This document shows, piece by piece, positions 24,422-37,886 of a stretch of 64,000 nt of DNA. The DNA is from Eledone cirrhosa. Taxonomy: Eukaryota. The stretch spans positions 81,220,001 through 81,284,000 of the forward strand of contig OZ024741.1 of assembly GCA_964016885.1 (NCBI GenBank). The letters run 5' to 3'. Position 1 is the stretch's first letter. Each line of letters opens with the position of its first letter. The notes below the pieces were generated by a model. That model was not told the origin of the DNA. It saw only the letters and a program-made list of their open reading frames with translations, and ran no database searches. Made by a program: the position numbers and the translations under genes.

Positions 24422-25375
24422 TTATATATAAGAAACTTTTGTTACATTACAGATGCCATCTTAATCATGAAGCATTTAATAATTTTAGTAAATCCCCCCC
24501 ACATTCTTTCTTAATCAATCAGAATACAGTGTATTCTATAGTAATACAGTAATGAAAGGGTTAAATATTAGGTGAACACAAGTGATATTTGAATTCTGAA
24601 AGGAACGGGATACTGCTAGAAACTGTTAAATGTAGCTTCACACAAAATCATGTAACAGGATAATCCAACTCTGTAAAAATAAAAATGGGATGGTCATAGC
24701 TGGAATGTTTTTTTTTAATCCTAGATCTGTTAGACCAGTGCTGATTTTGAGCCTAAATACCATCTCACCATGATAATAATTGTGATGGTGATGTAGGTGA
24801 TGATCAGAATATTGGTCATGATGATGATAAAATTGACGCCGGTGAAGATGATAATGATTATGTAAGAAACAATCATCAACATTACCACAAAATCTCTACA
24901 GGTCAGGAACCAGAAAGGTTCCTTTGTTAGTTCAATATTCTTTATAGTGGTAGTATAACCTGCTGGAGGTAGTGTATTGGCAGAGCTGTTAGAATGTTAA
25001 ATAGAATGCTTTGCAGTATTTGTTCTGGCTCGTTCTGCTCTGAGAACAATTTACACCTTTCACCCTTTTGAGATCAATGAAAATAAAGTACTAGTTCAGT
25101 ACTTTGGTCGATTCTTCTATATTTCTTTCTCACTTACTTACTCTCTCCTTCTCGGAAGAAATTGGCTATGTTCAGAGCAGGAGAGAGAATGTGCATCACC
25201 AGGTTTAAAGTGACCAAGACATATCATATATCATGATGGTGCCCCTATGATTCCATCCAGAATTACAGATACATACATACATACATATATGACATGCAAG
25301 AAAAAGCAGCCAAATTGTGCACTTAACTTCTTCACCACTCTTTTAGAAATAAAGTAAATAAAAGTGATGCACTAG

Positions 25376-25781
25376 ACTAAAGCTTTCCAAAATGTCAATA
25401 TAACCAGCACACATTTAAAAAATATAATTCTTCATGACACAATAATTAAACTTTGTTGGCAACTTGTAATTAATGAAACTAATAAATAAACAACTGAATA
25501 TTGTATCACATGACATAACCCATGTGTCTAATTCGACACCAAATTGACGTTAATTGATCAATTTTGATTAATTCTATGACAAACCTAGAGATCAGTGGCA
25601 ACACACTAAAATGTCATGACACACCTGGAGAATATTGGCAACACACTAAAGATCATGGTCAACACACTAAAATGTCACAACACATCTAGAGATGCTTGAT
25701 GACATACTAGAATGTCACAATACACCTAGGGATGATTAGTAACACACTAAAGTGTCATGATGCATAGTTCAGAAACATATG
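25376..25781. mobile_element. Decayed hAT-like non-autonomous element with subterminal repeats
   Basis: Repeated caacacactaaa.tgtca.gacacac units ending gtgtcatgatgcatagttcagaaaca, resembling hAT/Charlie-type ends. Confidence 0.45.
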
Positions 25782-26905
25782 CATTAGACAATAAACTCTG
25801 GCCTTTAGAATAGGTACAGCATATTGCTACATGTCTTATAAGAAGCCACATGGATAATGTCCAACTATCTGAAAAAGAAAAAAGACATGGAAAATATAGC
25901 TATGAAACCAGTGGTGGTGATGGTAGTGGTATACCCATGCTTCAAAACGTCTTGTCCAATCCATCCAGCTATCATGGAAAAATAGCAAAGGAATTGATTA
26001 TAAGATCTGACCAAGAAAACTAGTTTTCATTGGTCTTTCCATTGCTGATTCTATCTGCCGGCCACAATTCCTGGCAGATGCTTCGGTGCTTTTCAAGAGA
26101 CATGAGGCAGGATTTGAATACCCAGTGGTGAAGCAGATACCAACAATATTGCCAAACCACCACCTCTGGATTAAATCTCTATCAACCCTGAAAGGATGAA
26201 AGGCAAAGTCGGCCTGGATGGGATTTGAACACAATTCACAGTGAGCTGAAACAAATACATTTCATTGTAAGAGACTAGGCTCAAACAAAGGTTAATTTTA
26301 CAGCTTGGAAAAGCAGCCATAAAACTAATGATGGTGATGGTTGAAGTGAAGAGTGGTGGTAGGAACACATATGACCTGAATAAAAAACTGACCTGAGGCT
26401 AAATAGGTACTTCAACAGCAGTGTAAACAATATGTATTTAGATTATTTATTCCACCCACAACATAACCACTACCACCACAACTGCTTCTACCACCACTAC
26501 CACCTACCAAAAACCAAATTAATATGTCAGGCACATTCTTTTCAATCACCTAACAACTACATCTCAAGAGAGGGGGGTGGGGGTAGATGGGGGGGGGGGG
26601 GGTACTGAGGAAGGGAGTTATTTTTCTTTCATAGAGTAATTACTATTTTTATCTTCTTTCTAATTACTGCTTTTAAAGTAAAGCACTGAATCAGTAAATA
26701 AATAGAGAAACAAGTAAATTAAAAAAAATAAAAATAAAAACACAATTTGGATACTATGACCACTTCTAGATAGATAGAACCATTATATCAAGAACTCTTC
26801 AACTATGAGGAGGAAAACAAGATTTAATGGTAAAGAGAAAAAAACAAATGCACACTAACGAACAAATGTATGTTTACAATGAATTCTTCAAATATTTTCA
26901 TCATT

Positions 26906-26949
<44 letters not shown>

Positions 26950-27291
26950 AGTACACATTCACCAATATTAATATATATATATATATTAAATAAAAAGATG
27001 TGAAAATAACAAAAATCACTTTATAATACATTGTATGTGTATATACACACAAAGTGTAAATGGGAAATCTAAACCATTATCATTTTGCTTAAGAACATTT
27101 GATGAGAGAAATAGGATGGCACTTTTGAATAACTGTAATATGTGTGTGTGTGTGTGTGTGTGTAACAAGTGGGAGTGGATAGTTATGTGAATTCAAACAT
27201 TAATATCACTGTCATATCACATACACACTCACACACATCTTTTATATCACACACACTTTCTAACGTTTTATCTCTCTCTAACTGTATCTTA

Positions 27292-27336
<45 letters not shown>

Positions 27337-27846
27337 TATTAAAGAAAAATGCTTCTTCAACAGCATGCTTTACATGTCTTTACACACACACACTTTTATG
27401 TAAGTATTTCTACCTACCAATACACACATATATATATAGAGAGAGAGAGATAGATAGATATATATACACATACACACACACATATATATATATATAGATA
27501 TACACACACATATATAGATATATACACACACACATATATATAGATACACACACATATATATATACATACACATATATAGATACAAACACACACACACAGA
27601 CATATATATATATATATATATACACATGAAAATCCTTTCATCTAGTATTTCACCACAGATCAATAACTATTATTGATTGATAGAGGAGAGAGATAGGTAT
27701 AGGACAATTGATTTGGACATTTCTTTAAAAATGTAAACAGCACATTTCTAATAGACAATAGGATATCAATAAAGACTGATTGAGAACATACAACATGCAG
27801 CTGAATGTTGGTGGTTGGGGAAGAAATGGAGTCATATAGATTTAAG

Positions 27847-27893
<47 letters not shown>

Positions 27894-27976
27894 GAGAGAG
27901 AGAGAGAGTGAGTGAGAGAGTGCAATGAATTACTTGTCAAGAAATATGTCATGGTGTGTGTGTGTATGTATGTATA

Positions 27977-28025
<49 letters not shown>

Positions 28026-28633
28026 ATATGTATGTATGTATATATTTAGTTAGATAGACGGAATACTTAAGAAATGTGTGTCAAAGAGTATGTGTGTCAA
28101 AGAGTATGTCTGTGTGTGTACACCATTATCATTATTTAACATCTTATATAAATACTAGAAATGTGTCTAGGGGGTATACATATATATGTGTATATATGTA
28201 TATGTGTTGTGTTGAACATCTATCAGTTCTGTTGAGTGTTTCAGCTAATTCATGAAATTAACATGTAAGTGGCTGAGAATTCCACAGATAACTGTATCTT
28301 TAATGTAGTTCTCAGGGAGATTCGGTGTGACACAGTGTGTAACATGGCTGGCCCTTTGAATTATGGGTATAAATTGTTTTTTTCATTTTTCAGTTGAGGG
28401 TACTGGAGCCACGTGAAATAAGGTGTCTTGCTCAAGGGCACAACACCACCACTGTGAATCAAGCTCACACTCTTGTAATAATCAACTGAGCTTTCTAACC
28501 ATTAATCCATGCAAGTTTCTCCAAAATAGTTGAATAAACACAAACTTACATTCACTCCACACACATTTTTTACTGTTTCTTCCTCTTCTTACCCTTGTCT
28601 ATCTTTCTATTTCTTCTTTTAACTCTCATTCTA

Positions 28634-28669
28634 TCTTCTGATGAAAGACATTAGTCTGAAATGTTAAGA
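28634..28669 (+). ncRNA. Minimal hammerhead motif within a short Penelope-type repeat (~28590-28735)
   Basis: tctt-CTGATGA-a-agac atta gtct-GAAA-tgtt-aaga; stem III probably ACGT with CpG decay. Confidence 0.55.
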
Positions 28670-28744
28670 CTCTTCTTTTTCTACTATATAAAGCATTAAG
28701 CTAATATATATCTTCATTGTACTGTATCGTTTCTCTGAGGTAAC

Positions 28745-29258
28745 ATCACAAGATGCACAACCCAATCCACTCTGTTAAGTGATCATGCTGGTGGCAAAAG
28801 AGGCTCCTTCTATAGTGGTTGTGTTGGTGACATGAAAAAAAATGACCCCAGTCCACCCTGTAAGGTGGTTGTGCTGGGGACATTAGAAAGCACCCAGTTT
28901 ACCCTGTAAGGTGATCAAGCTGGTGATGTATGAAAAAAGCACCCAGTCCACCATGTAGAGTGATTGTACTGGTGAAAAGAGAAAAAAGCAACCAGTCCCC
29001 CTGTAAGGTGGTTGTGCTGGTGACACAACAAAATATGCTTAATCCACCCTGTTGGTGTCATGATCAAAAACACCCAGTCCACACTAATGTGGTTGGCATT
29101 AGAAAAGACATCCAAACGTTGAAACAAAGCCAAAATACAGATCTGCATGAGGAAGATATGGTTACCTGACCTACCTATCTTATGATGTTATAACATGACA
29201 ACCCATCTAATCCATGTAAGAGTGGAAACAGACATTAAATAACAATGACGATGGTGAT
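28745..29258 (+). mobile_element. RTE-tail element with expanded ~45-bp internal repeat array
   Basis: About 7 units of cacccagtccaccctgtaaggtggttgtgctggtgaca...aaaaag, then the ttggcattagaaaagacatcca...atgacgatg tail; minus-strand relative at ~57460-57880. Confidence 0.75.
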
Positions 29259-29261
29259 ATA

Positions 29262-29475
29262 TAAGAACAGGATGCAAAAGGTTCAGAGAGCTGTTACTTC
29301 TGCTGGCAACAAAGACCTTCTCTTTAAGACTGAAGGACAGATTTTATGATGCTTGTATTCAAAGTGCTACATGACAGCAAGACTTGGGGCTTGAGTGCAG
29401 AAGATCTGTGCTGATTAAAAAGAAGTATGATATGTACATTCTGCTGTTGTGTAATATTAGTGTGCATGAATGACA
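29262..29475 (+). pseudogene. Decayed RTE ORF fragment
   Basis: RTGCKRFRELLLLLATKTFSLRLKDRFYDACIQS, homologous to RTGWKKFRELIPLLAAKGFSLKMKGRLYDACI. Confidence 0.85.
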
Positions 29476-30554
29476 CCACAAGTGGACTATATTTGTATGT
29501 TTATAATGTATACAGATTTGGTTATTGGAGTAGTAGCAGTACCAACAGTAGTGGTAATAGTAGCAGTAATAGTAAAGATAATAGTAGTTATAGCTGTTGT
29601 GACAGTATTTTAATTTCTATTATATGCATAAAACATTTGATCTTGTTGCTGGTGCAGGTTGCTGTAGCTTATAACAGTTAATGTAGTTGCTGCAGTTGTT
29701 GCAAATGTAGTTATTGTAACAGCTGATGTCTCTACCCCCACTCCCTCACCAACACCAACACAACCACCACCACCATATAACAATATATAACAAGTTTAAC
29801 TGTCAAAAATGAGATGAAATTCTTTAGGAAGAGATGGGAATGAAGAAGAAAAAGCTTAATGTAAATTGGTAAAGTCATCCATCAATTCCATAGAAAACAA
29901 CAGTAACAGTAATACAAGCAGCAACTGCAGCAGAATCAGCAACAACATCAAAAGCAACAGCAACAATATCAACAACAAACAAGAGCAGCAGCAATGACAA
30001 TGACAACATCAACAACAACAGTAGTAACAACAGTAGTAACAGCAGTTGTCATAGCATTGAAGGTTTCTTAATTTAAAAATTTCCAACTGCAATTTTTACA
30101 AGATAACTGTATTGTATTGTAAGAAAATTACTTAACAATGAGATTGATTCAGGGGAGGGGTGGGACGAGAGGAGTAATGGAGGAGAGGTTGATGATGATA
30201 ATGGCAGTGGTTAAGGTGGAGACTATTTTTCTTCCAGCAAGCATGATGCCTGGAGATGAAGGTAGAGAAGAAATAGGGATGGTGACAGCAAATGAAAATT
30301 ATTAAAATAAGAACAACAACAATAATAATGAGAATAATTATAATAACATTAACGATGACAAGTAATCACTAAACAACAGAAACAACAGAAACAACAGTAA
30401 TAATTATAACAACAGCAGCAGCAACAATAATAACAATAATGGTTTCTAGCATTTTTTTAGAGAGAAGGGTAAACAACCTCTCTAGTGCTGGTGCCATAAT
30501 AAAGTAGTGCTGGTACCACAATAAAATACTGTAAAATGGTGGTGCTGGAGTTAT

Positions 30555-30945
30555 GATAAAATGCACTCACAACTCTCTATAAAGTAGCATTACTGGAGCC
30601 ACGATAAAATGCACTCACAACTCTCTATAAAGTAGCATTACTGGAGCCACGATAAAATGCATCCACTATTCTCTATAAAGTAGCATTACTGGAACCAGGA
30701 TAAAATGCATCCACTATTCTCTATAAAGTAGCATTACTGGAACCAGAATAAAATGCATCCACTATTCTCTATAAAGTAGCATTACTGGAACCAGGATAAA
30801 ATGCATCCACTATTCTCTATAAAGTAGCATTACTGGAACCAGGATAAAATGCATCCACTATTCTCTATAAAGTAGCATTACTGGAACCAGGATAAAATGC
30901 ATCCACTATTCTCTATAAAGTAGTATTACTGGAGCCAGGATAAAA
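30555..30945 (+). repeat. 48-bp minisatellite (~8 units) inside an RTE-tail element (~30480-31119)
   Basis: ctctataaagtagcattactgg recurs every 48 bp from 30575 to 30911; followed by gtggttggtgttaggaagggcatccagcc...(gat)n. Confidence 0.93.
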
Positions 30946-31889
30946 GTCACCCACTGCACAATGAAATGATGCACCGAGGACACTGTGTAAAGTGGTTGGT
31001 GTTAGGAAGGGCATCCAGCCATGGAAACCATGCCAAAATGAGCAGTCTAGTCTTGCACCATGACAGCCTCTCCAACACACCCAGTTATAGCAAGCGAATG
31101 CAAAATGATGATGATGATATTGACAAGCCATCATAGCAACAACAATAATTATAACAATATTAACAACATTGAGGATGACAATCACAAGAAAAACAAAAAT
31201 AAGTTATAACAACAACGATATTAATAAAATTAACGATGACAAGTGATCATAAAGCAACAACAAAAACACCATATAAATTTAAAAAGACAAAATATATCTC
31301 ATCCTACTCACCCCTACCCTGTAATGAAAACTGTCAAAGCCAAACGTAATTTAAAAACAACAAAACGTATCAAGACGTGTCTTTATTAAATCCATAACAC
31401 ACATTAATCTTCTTAAATCCGTTAATCTGTGACACTTTTATCAACAACAGCAAATGTTTTAAAAAGGCATAAAAGGTACAAAGTCGTTCGTTTTCAGTTT
31501 TATGAATAAAAATTATATAACGGTGAGAGAGTGAGGAGGGAGGGATGGAGGGAAATGAAATCAGGGATTATAGCAATAAAAACTAAACAAAAACAAATCT
31601 AAAATAGTGGAGGATGTGTGGGTGGCTAATGGAGGTAAAATGCATTTGCAGTGCATCAAACATGCATGCACATGAACCCGCTGAAGAAATTGGAGGTGGG
31701 GTTGAAAAAAGATAAAACAAAATATATATTAACTACAACACTAGATGGGGAATGTATCAGAGCTGGGTCGCTAGATCGGGCTGTAAGTAGCAGATTATGC
31801 TAATTTCTTGAGTTGCACTCTACTATCATTTATTTATATTTTTTTCGTAAGGTGTTTTTCTTTTTTAATTTGAACTATTTGATATTTAA

Positions 31890-32206
31890 CCCTCTTGATA
31901 CCAAAGCGCATGAAACCACTCCTGGTTCTATGATACAAAATGGTTTATTTTAAAGTGTTTACAAATATCTCAGAAAAATTTCAACATAATTTTAAGTAAG
32001 AATATTTGTTGTTTCAACTTAAATGTTTACATTTATCTTAAAATCCTTACATCATAATTTTATGTAAGAATTTATGTTCCAAACATGAACTTGATAACAA
32101 TAAAGTTAGTTGTATTATGAAAATCCTTTTAAATTCTTAAAAAAATTTCTTAATTATTTGAAATTCAAAGGCAGTGTCTTTCATTAGAAACATAACAACA
32201 GAAGGG
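31890..32206 (+). mobile_element. piggyBac-like MITE family B
   Basis: TTAA|CCCTCTTGATACC...CAGAAGGG|TTGA. Confidence 0.8.
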
Positions 32207-32349
32207 TTGAAATGTTAATTTTAAAGGTAATTTATAACTGACCTTATATCACTTCATCCCAATCTTCTCTAGTATGTCACCTTTGAGCACCTTGCACCTT
32301 TTTATACAGCTGTCATCCTCCATGTGCCTCACATGTCAATACCACTGCT

Positions 32350-32540
32350 CTCCAACAAGTCGAGCCCCTAGCAGTGGAGACTTCTGGTGTCCTTGGCCCT
32401 AGGGCTACCTCCCTACTTACCACCATAAGCGCTAAGCTGGCTAGCCGCAGGTGTGAGCCTAGTGAGATGGAATGGCTCTTCCAGCTCATCTCCCTACCCA
32501 GCCTCTGGGGAAATGTCTTCTCCATTCTGTTTGCTGGGGC
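32350..32540 (+). mobile_element. CRE-like non-LTR retrotransposon C-terminal (restriction-like endonuclease) fragment
   Basis: EPLAVETSGVLGPRA..LL..I..KLA.....E.EWLFQLISL....GN..SIL matches the P.A.ET.G..G...QR.S.A.QRGN motif of RLE-bearing CRE elements. Confidence 0.7.
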
Positions 32541-33177
32541 CATGGGGCGGCCAGCACGTTGGACCCATTTGCTCATAATAGAGAGAGATGGGAAGGGCGA
32601 GAAAGATGGAGGTGATGACAGTGGGAGTTCGGCTCTTATGTGTTCGGACCTGGAGTGCAGCATCAGTTGTCCGTAAGGAGGTAGTGATTCGCCTTTCAAT
32701 GATGTCTTATAATTTCTAATCACTCCGGCCTCATTTCTTTTTCTCTTCTTTTTCCTCCTCCACTTCCCCTATCCACAATATATGAATTAAGTATGTTTTT
32801 TTGACCAGCCTTAATCCATCCTTTTTCTAAACTTCCTCTACTTACAACTCTAATATTCTTGTCATGATCGTTTTTGTTGTCAAATCACTGTAAACAATCT
32901 TTGAGAATGGAATTCGGAACATGGAAAGTTGAATGATTTGTAGAATAACAAAACTTTGAAACAACGATTTTTGCAAAGACCGTATAAATTATACTTCAAA
33001 ATAATTCCCAAAATCTCTCCTGCACACTGCATCTGACCCCTCTTAAGCAGTTTCTCTCTCAGATCACTGATACTTCACCATTCATGCACACTACTATTAC
33101 ACACCCATTGAAGCCGGCAAGCTTAATTTATTTCCAATCTTTCTAGGTCCTCTGCACTAACGCATTTTATTTTTGAT

Positions 33178-33455
33178 TATTACTCTTTTGCCGGTTTCAG
33201 TTATTACACTGTGGCACCACTTTGAAGGAATTTAGTCAATTATATTGACCCCAGTATCCTTTTACTGATTTTAGGGATTAGACTGTGACAATATAGGGGC
33301 ATCATTTTGAAGGGATTTAGTCAATGATATCAATGCCAGTATCCTTTTACTAATTTCAGTCATTAGATTGTGGCCATGCTGAAGCACTGCCTTTATTCAT
33401 TTAGTCAGTCATATCAACCACAATACATACTTTTTCAAGTCTGGTACATATTTTA
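33178..33455 (-). repeat. Three tandem partial SINE 3' ends
   Basis: Repeated tttac..tttcag..attaga.tgtg...gcac....ttgaagg.atttagtcaat.atat; same tail in + orientation at ~10290-10340 and ~10740-10800. Confidence 0.7.
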
Positions 33456-33999
33456 TAGATAGTCTATATTGTGTTCAACAATAAAAACTAAAAAACATGG
33501 ATGGACACACACACACACACACAAATATATATACAATGAGCTTCTGCAGTTTCCATTTAGCAAATTTCACTCACAAGGCATTGGGAAACTTGAGGTTATC
33601 GTAGAAGACACTTGTTCAAATTGCCACATACTGGGATTCAACATGAAAGCATGTGGTTACAAAGCTAATTCTGTAAACACACAGCCATGCCTGTGTCTGA
33701 GTGTGTGTTTATATATATATATACACCGCCACCCCACTCTCAAGAGCGTGAAACTAATAAACCTTTGTTCGTACTGCCTCTCTGTTTTGTTCCGGTTCCA
33801 TTTTTCACTATATATATATATATATATATATAGTAATAATAATAAATTTGAAGACTAAAATCCAAAGAGGGCTCGCTAAGGATAAATATATATCAAATAT
33901 ATAAGAACCGTAGAGCAAAAATTTATTTTTTTGGTTTCAGAAGATCCCGTTAAGGGTGAAAGCAGCGATTCTTTGCTTAAACTTTAATCTGTTATTTTA

Positions 34000-34045
<46 letters not shown>

Positions 34046-34046
<1 letters not shown>

Positions 34047-35449
34047 CATGGAAGCACGGCCTAGAATCAAAAGGCCTTAAAATTAACCTGGCTAAGACAA
34101 AAGTTCTAGTTTGTAGGAAAGAAAATATGGCGGCAGTCCCATCTGGGAAATGGCCATGCTCAGTGTGTAGGAAAGGCGTAGGTAGAAACTCCATTTTATG
34201 TCCCAAATGCAAAGTATGGGTGCATAAAAGATGTAGTGGGATCACAGGTAAGCTAACTAAGAACATAGATTTTACATGTGGCCGGTGCTCTGGTGCAATA
34301 AGTAGCAGCAAGTGCCCACAAAATACTAGCTCCTTCAACTGCGCAGAGGGTTCTATAGAAATAGTGGACAGCTTCCGTTACCTGGGTGACAAAATCAGCA
34401 GTGGGGGAGGGTGCTCTGAAAGTACAGTAGCTAGAGTCAGAACTGGATGGAAAAAGTTCAGAGAGCTTATACCACTATTAGCCGCTAGAGGGTTCTCCCT
34501 AAAAATGAAAGGCAGGTTATACGATGCCTGCATACGAACAGCAATGCTGCATGGCAGTGAGACCTGGGCATTGTGTGCAGAGGATATACGCAGACTAGAG
34601 AGGAACGAAGCTTGCATGCTCCGCTGGATGTGCAATAGTAATATACGTGAACGGCAAAGCATAAACGAACTAAGGAAAAAATTAGAAATAAGAGGGATCA
34701 GATGTTGTTTACTCGAGAGAAGGCTACGTTGGTACGGTCACGTGATGCGCATGAAAGACGACAGCTGTATAACAAAGTGCAGGGCAATAAAGATAGACGG
34801 TAGCCACGGAGTAGGCAGACCCAGAAAAACATGGGACGAGCTGATAAATTCCGACCTCACACGCTTACACCTCTCCAAGACAATGTCACTGGACCGAGAC
34901 CTTTGGCGGTACTCAGTAATAGAGAAGACCCGCCTTACCTAAATACAAAGTAAAAACCTACTACAGTCAGTAGGCATCTCTATCAAAACACCCCCCCATC
35001 CCACCACCTCCACCCCATCCACACCACCCCTTTCAATGTACAGTTATGTTGGTCCCACAACATCCAGGCCGAAACAAATGAGATCGTGTAGGTGTCACGA
35101 CAAAAAAACACACAGTCCACGCTGTAAATGTGGCCGTGTAGGCAACACGGTAAAAACCTCCCAGCCCCACACTGTAAATGTGGTTGGTATTAGGAAGGGC
35201 ATCCAGCTGTAGAAAACCCGCCAGACAGTCCACGCTGTAATGTGGCCGTGTAGGCAACACGGTAAAAACCTCCCAGCCCCACACTGTAAATGTGGTTGGT
35301 GTTAGGAAGGGCATCCAACTGTAGAAAACCCGCCAGACAGTCCTATGCGAGCAAGACAACCACTCTTGCCTCAAGTGGGAAAACCCCCATCCAAACCCAT
35401 GCAAGCGTGGAACACGGACGCTAAACCTGATGATGATGATGATGATGAT
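34046..35449 (+). mobile_element. 5'-truncated RTE LINE, very similar to 2385-4460, with open C-terminal frame (34127-34942) and ~113-bp tandem duplication in the 3' UTR
   Basis: Protein nearly identical to 3091-4083 and lacks the 3676 stop; cagtccacgctgtaa...cgccaga duplicated; (GAT)n tail. Confidence 0.95.
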
Positions 35450-36244
35450 ATCATTTAATGTCCATTTTCCCACACTTGCATGGACTGGGCCCAGGTTAGG
35501 GCACTTTGTTTTTATTGTGTCACCAGCATATATATATTTTTACTATTATATAGTTTAAAAAAAGGTTGATGGCTGTTCCAAGCCTGGAAGTTCATCAGAC
35601 TAAAGCTTATCCTGGTTTTATTGATGCTAAGCGACTGGAGGGACGAGACTCTTCCCCAGAGAAGAGACCAGTCCATCGCAGGTTTAAACTTCAAATAGTT
35701 ATGCATTTTTAGATGAGTGGACTGGAGCAACATGAAGTGAAGTGATTTGCTCAACAAATAAGCCATTTGGTTCAAGAATCGAACCCAGCACACTGCCATA
35801 CAATTATACACATTACCATTTTTTTTTTTTGCACCTTTATTTTTGCTTACTTAATCCATACAAACAGGAAAAAAAAATCACTGAAAATAATAAAAACAAA
35901 ATGTAAAAAATAATTATGCTTCAGTCATAAACCAAGAATATTTCCTCTTCATTTTCATCTCATTTCATCTCATCTAATCTCACCCCGTTTCATCCTACTC
36001 TTAAATTTTTTTCTCTCTTTGATATCAAAAGCAAAGCTTTGCTACAACTATGCAAAAAAAATAAAAGCTTTATGTTATTCTACTACTGCAAGTCAATATG
36101 TGCACAACATCACAATAAAACAATACAGAGAGAACACTGAGAAGAGCGCTGCAACCAACTGCAAACAAAATACTCTTGAAACAGTTTCGTTTGATAGCCA
36201 GGAGCTAGCAAAAATATATTTCTTTTTCTTTTTATTTATTTATT

Positions 36245-36705
36245 GGTTTCAGATTTAGGCACAAGCCAACAATTTTTGGGAGTAAAAAGTTAAATAAACT
36301 GACTCAAGTACATTACTGCTATCTTATTTTAAGGATGAAAGGCAAAGTTAACCATGGCAGAATTACCTTTGCTTTTCATCCTTACTGGGTTGATAAAATA
36401 AAGGACCAGTAACAGACTGGGGTCAATTTAATTGACTTTCCCCTCAACTATAATTGTTGGCTTTGTGTCTAAATCAGAAACCATTATTATCATTATTGGA
36501 TTGGTAAAATCATTTGAGCGTCGGGTAAAATTCTTTGCAGCATTTAGTTATGGCTCTTTATGTTCTGAGTTTAAATCCCACCAAGGTGACCTTTTCCTTT
36601 CATCTTTCTGTTGGTAAAATAAAGTACCAATCACGGACTGGATCAATGTAATCAACTTTTCCCTCAGCCAAAAATTGTTGGCCTTATGCTTAAATTAGAA
36701 ATCAT
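36245..36705. mobile_element. Cluster of three SINE pieces (one minus, two plus)
   Basis: ggatgaaaggcaaagtt followed by two ttt.catc.tt....gataaaataaag.accag cores. Confidence 0.75.
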
Positions 36706-37340
36706 TTGTTTAATATTATATTATCACTATGGTTACAACTAACACAACCACAATAGCTACTAATACTACTCCCACAACTACTACCACCATCATAACCACT
36801 ATCAACTGTAGATGGAATTTAAACCCAGGTGATGAATGGAAACAAAGGAAATACTATAAAATGTTACAGCAGCAGCAACAGGGATGTGGAAGGGTAGGGT
36901 GTATAGGTAATAGGGTCCATGTGGAGGAGTAGATAGGTCAGAGTTGGGGTGGAAATGAAAGAAACAAAAACTTTAGGGGTATAGATGTGTGTGTGTATAT
37001 GAGTGTATATGCATGTGTATGTACCATCATTGTATCCTCCCCCCCCTAAAATGGGCATGGAGCCTGCCATGGGGCTCTCACACAGCTGACTTCTTCATTA
37101 GCAGGGAAAAATTACCTTAAACCTTTCATATCAAATGCCAGCTTAGTAATGAGAAAGCTTGTTATATTAATAAAACCAACTACATTCTTAATTATTTCGA
37201 AAATTATTTGAATATAATAAGCAGTGTGTTCCATTAGAAATATCATAATGAAATGATAAGAGCCCTTATACATACATATACTCACACACACACGTGTGAG
37301 TGAGTATTCTAAGACTATCTATATGTGTGTGCTATTGTGT

Positions 37341-37385
<45 letters not shown>

Positions 37386-37662
37386 TATATATATATATAC
37401 ACAGATGTGAGTATGTCTGTGTGTATATGAATAGCCATATAATTTTGAACAATTTACAAACAATCTGTATTTCTACCCACTGCCAACACATAAACAGCAG
37501 ATGTAATAAAAAGTTCAGCTGAATCTTATTAACACAGCAGGAGATAGCTTTAAAGATTTCCTCCTATATCACACTGGAGTTTTACTCAATTAAAAGCATT
37601 TATATATTTTATAACACTAACAAATTATTGCATACATTGGGGAGAAGTGAGGGGTGAAAGGA

Positions 37663-37699
<37 letters not shown>

Positions 37700-37827
37700 C
37701 GTGTGTTTGTGAAAGTACGAATAATACAAAAACCATGTATTCATATACACAGACATATTTATCAATATATATTCATGTTTGTACTGAAATACACAAGACA
37801 CTACACCCCCAAAACAATACATATACA

Positions 37828-37886
<59 letters not shown>

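Noticed and set aside
25590-25770. Repeat-spacer-like caacacactaaa array as CRISPR-like
   Set aside because: Units are irregular and degenerate; better explained as DNA-transposon subterminal repeats.
30555-30945. Regular 48-bp array as a CRISPR array
   Set aside because: No unique spacers, no cas genes and a eukaryotic context; it is a tandem repeat within an RTE tail.
33935-33975. Hammerhead-like CAGAAGA-tccc gttaa gggt-GAAA
   Set aside because: U4 is absent, and I could not form stem III with an NUH site or stem I; at most a decayed relic.
34127-34942. 271-aa ORF as a domesticated PHD gene
   Set aside because: It is the open remainder of a young 5'-truncated RTE copy, nearly identical to 3091-4083, with an incidental ATG.
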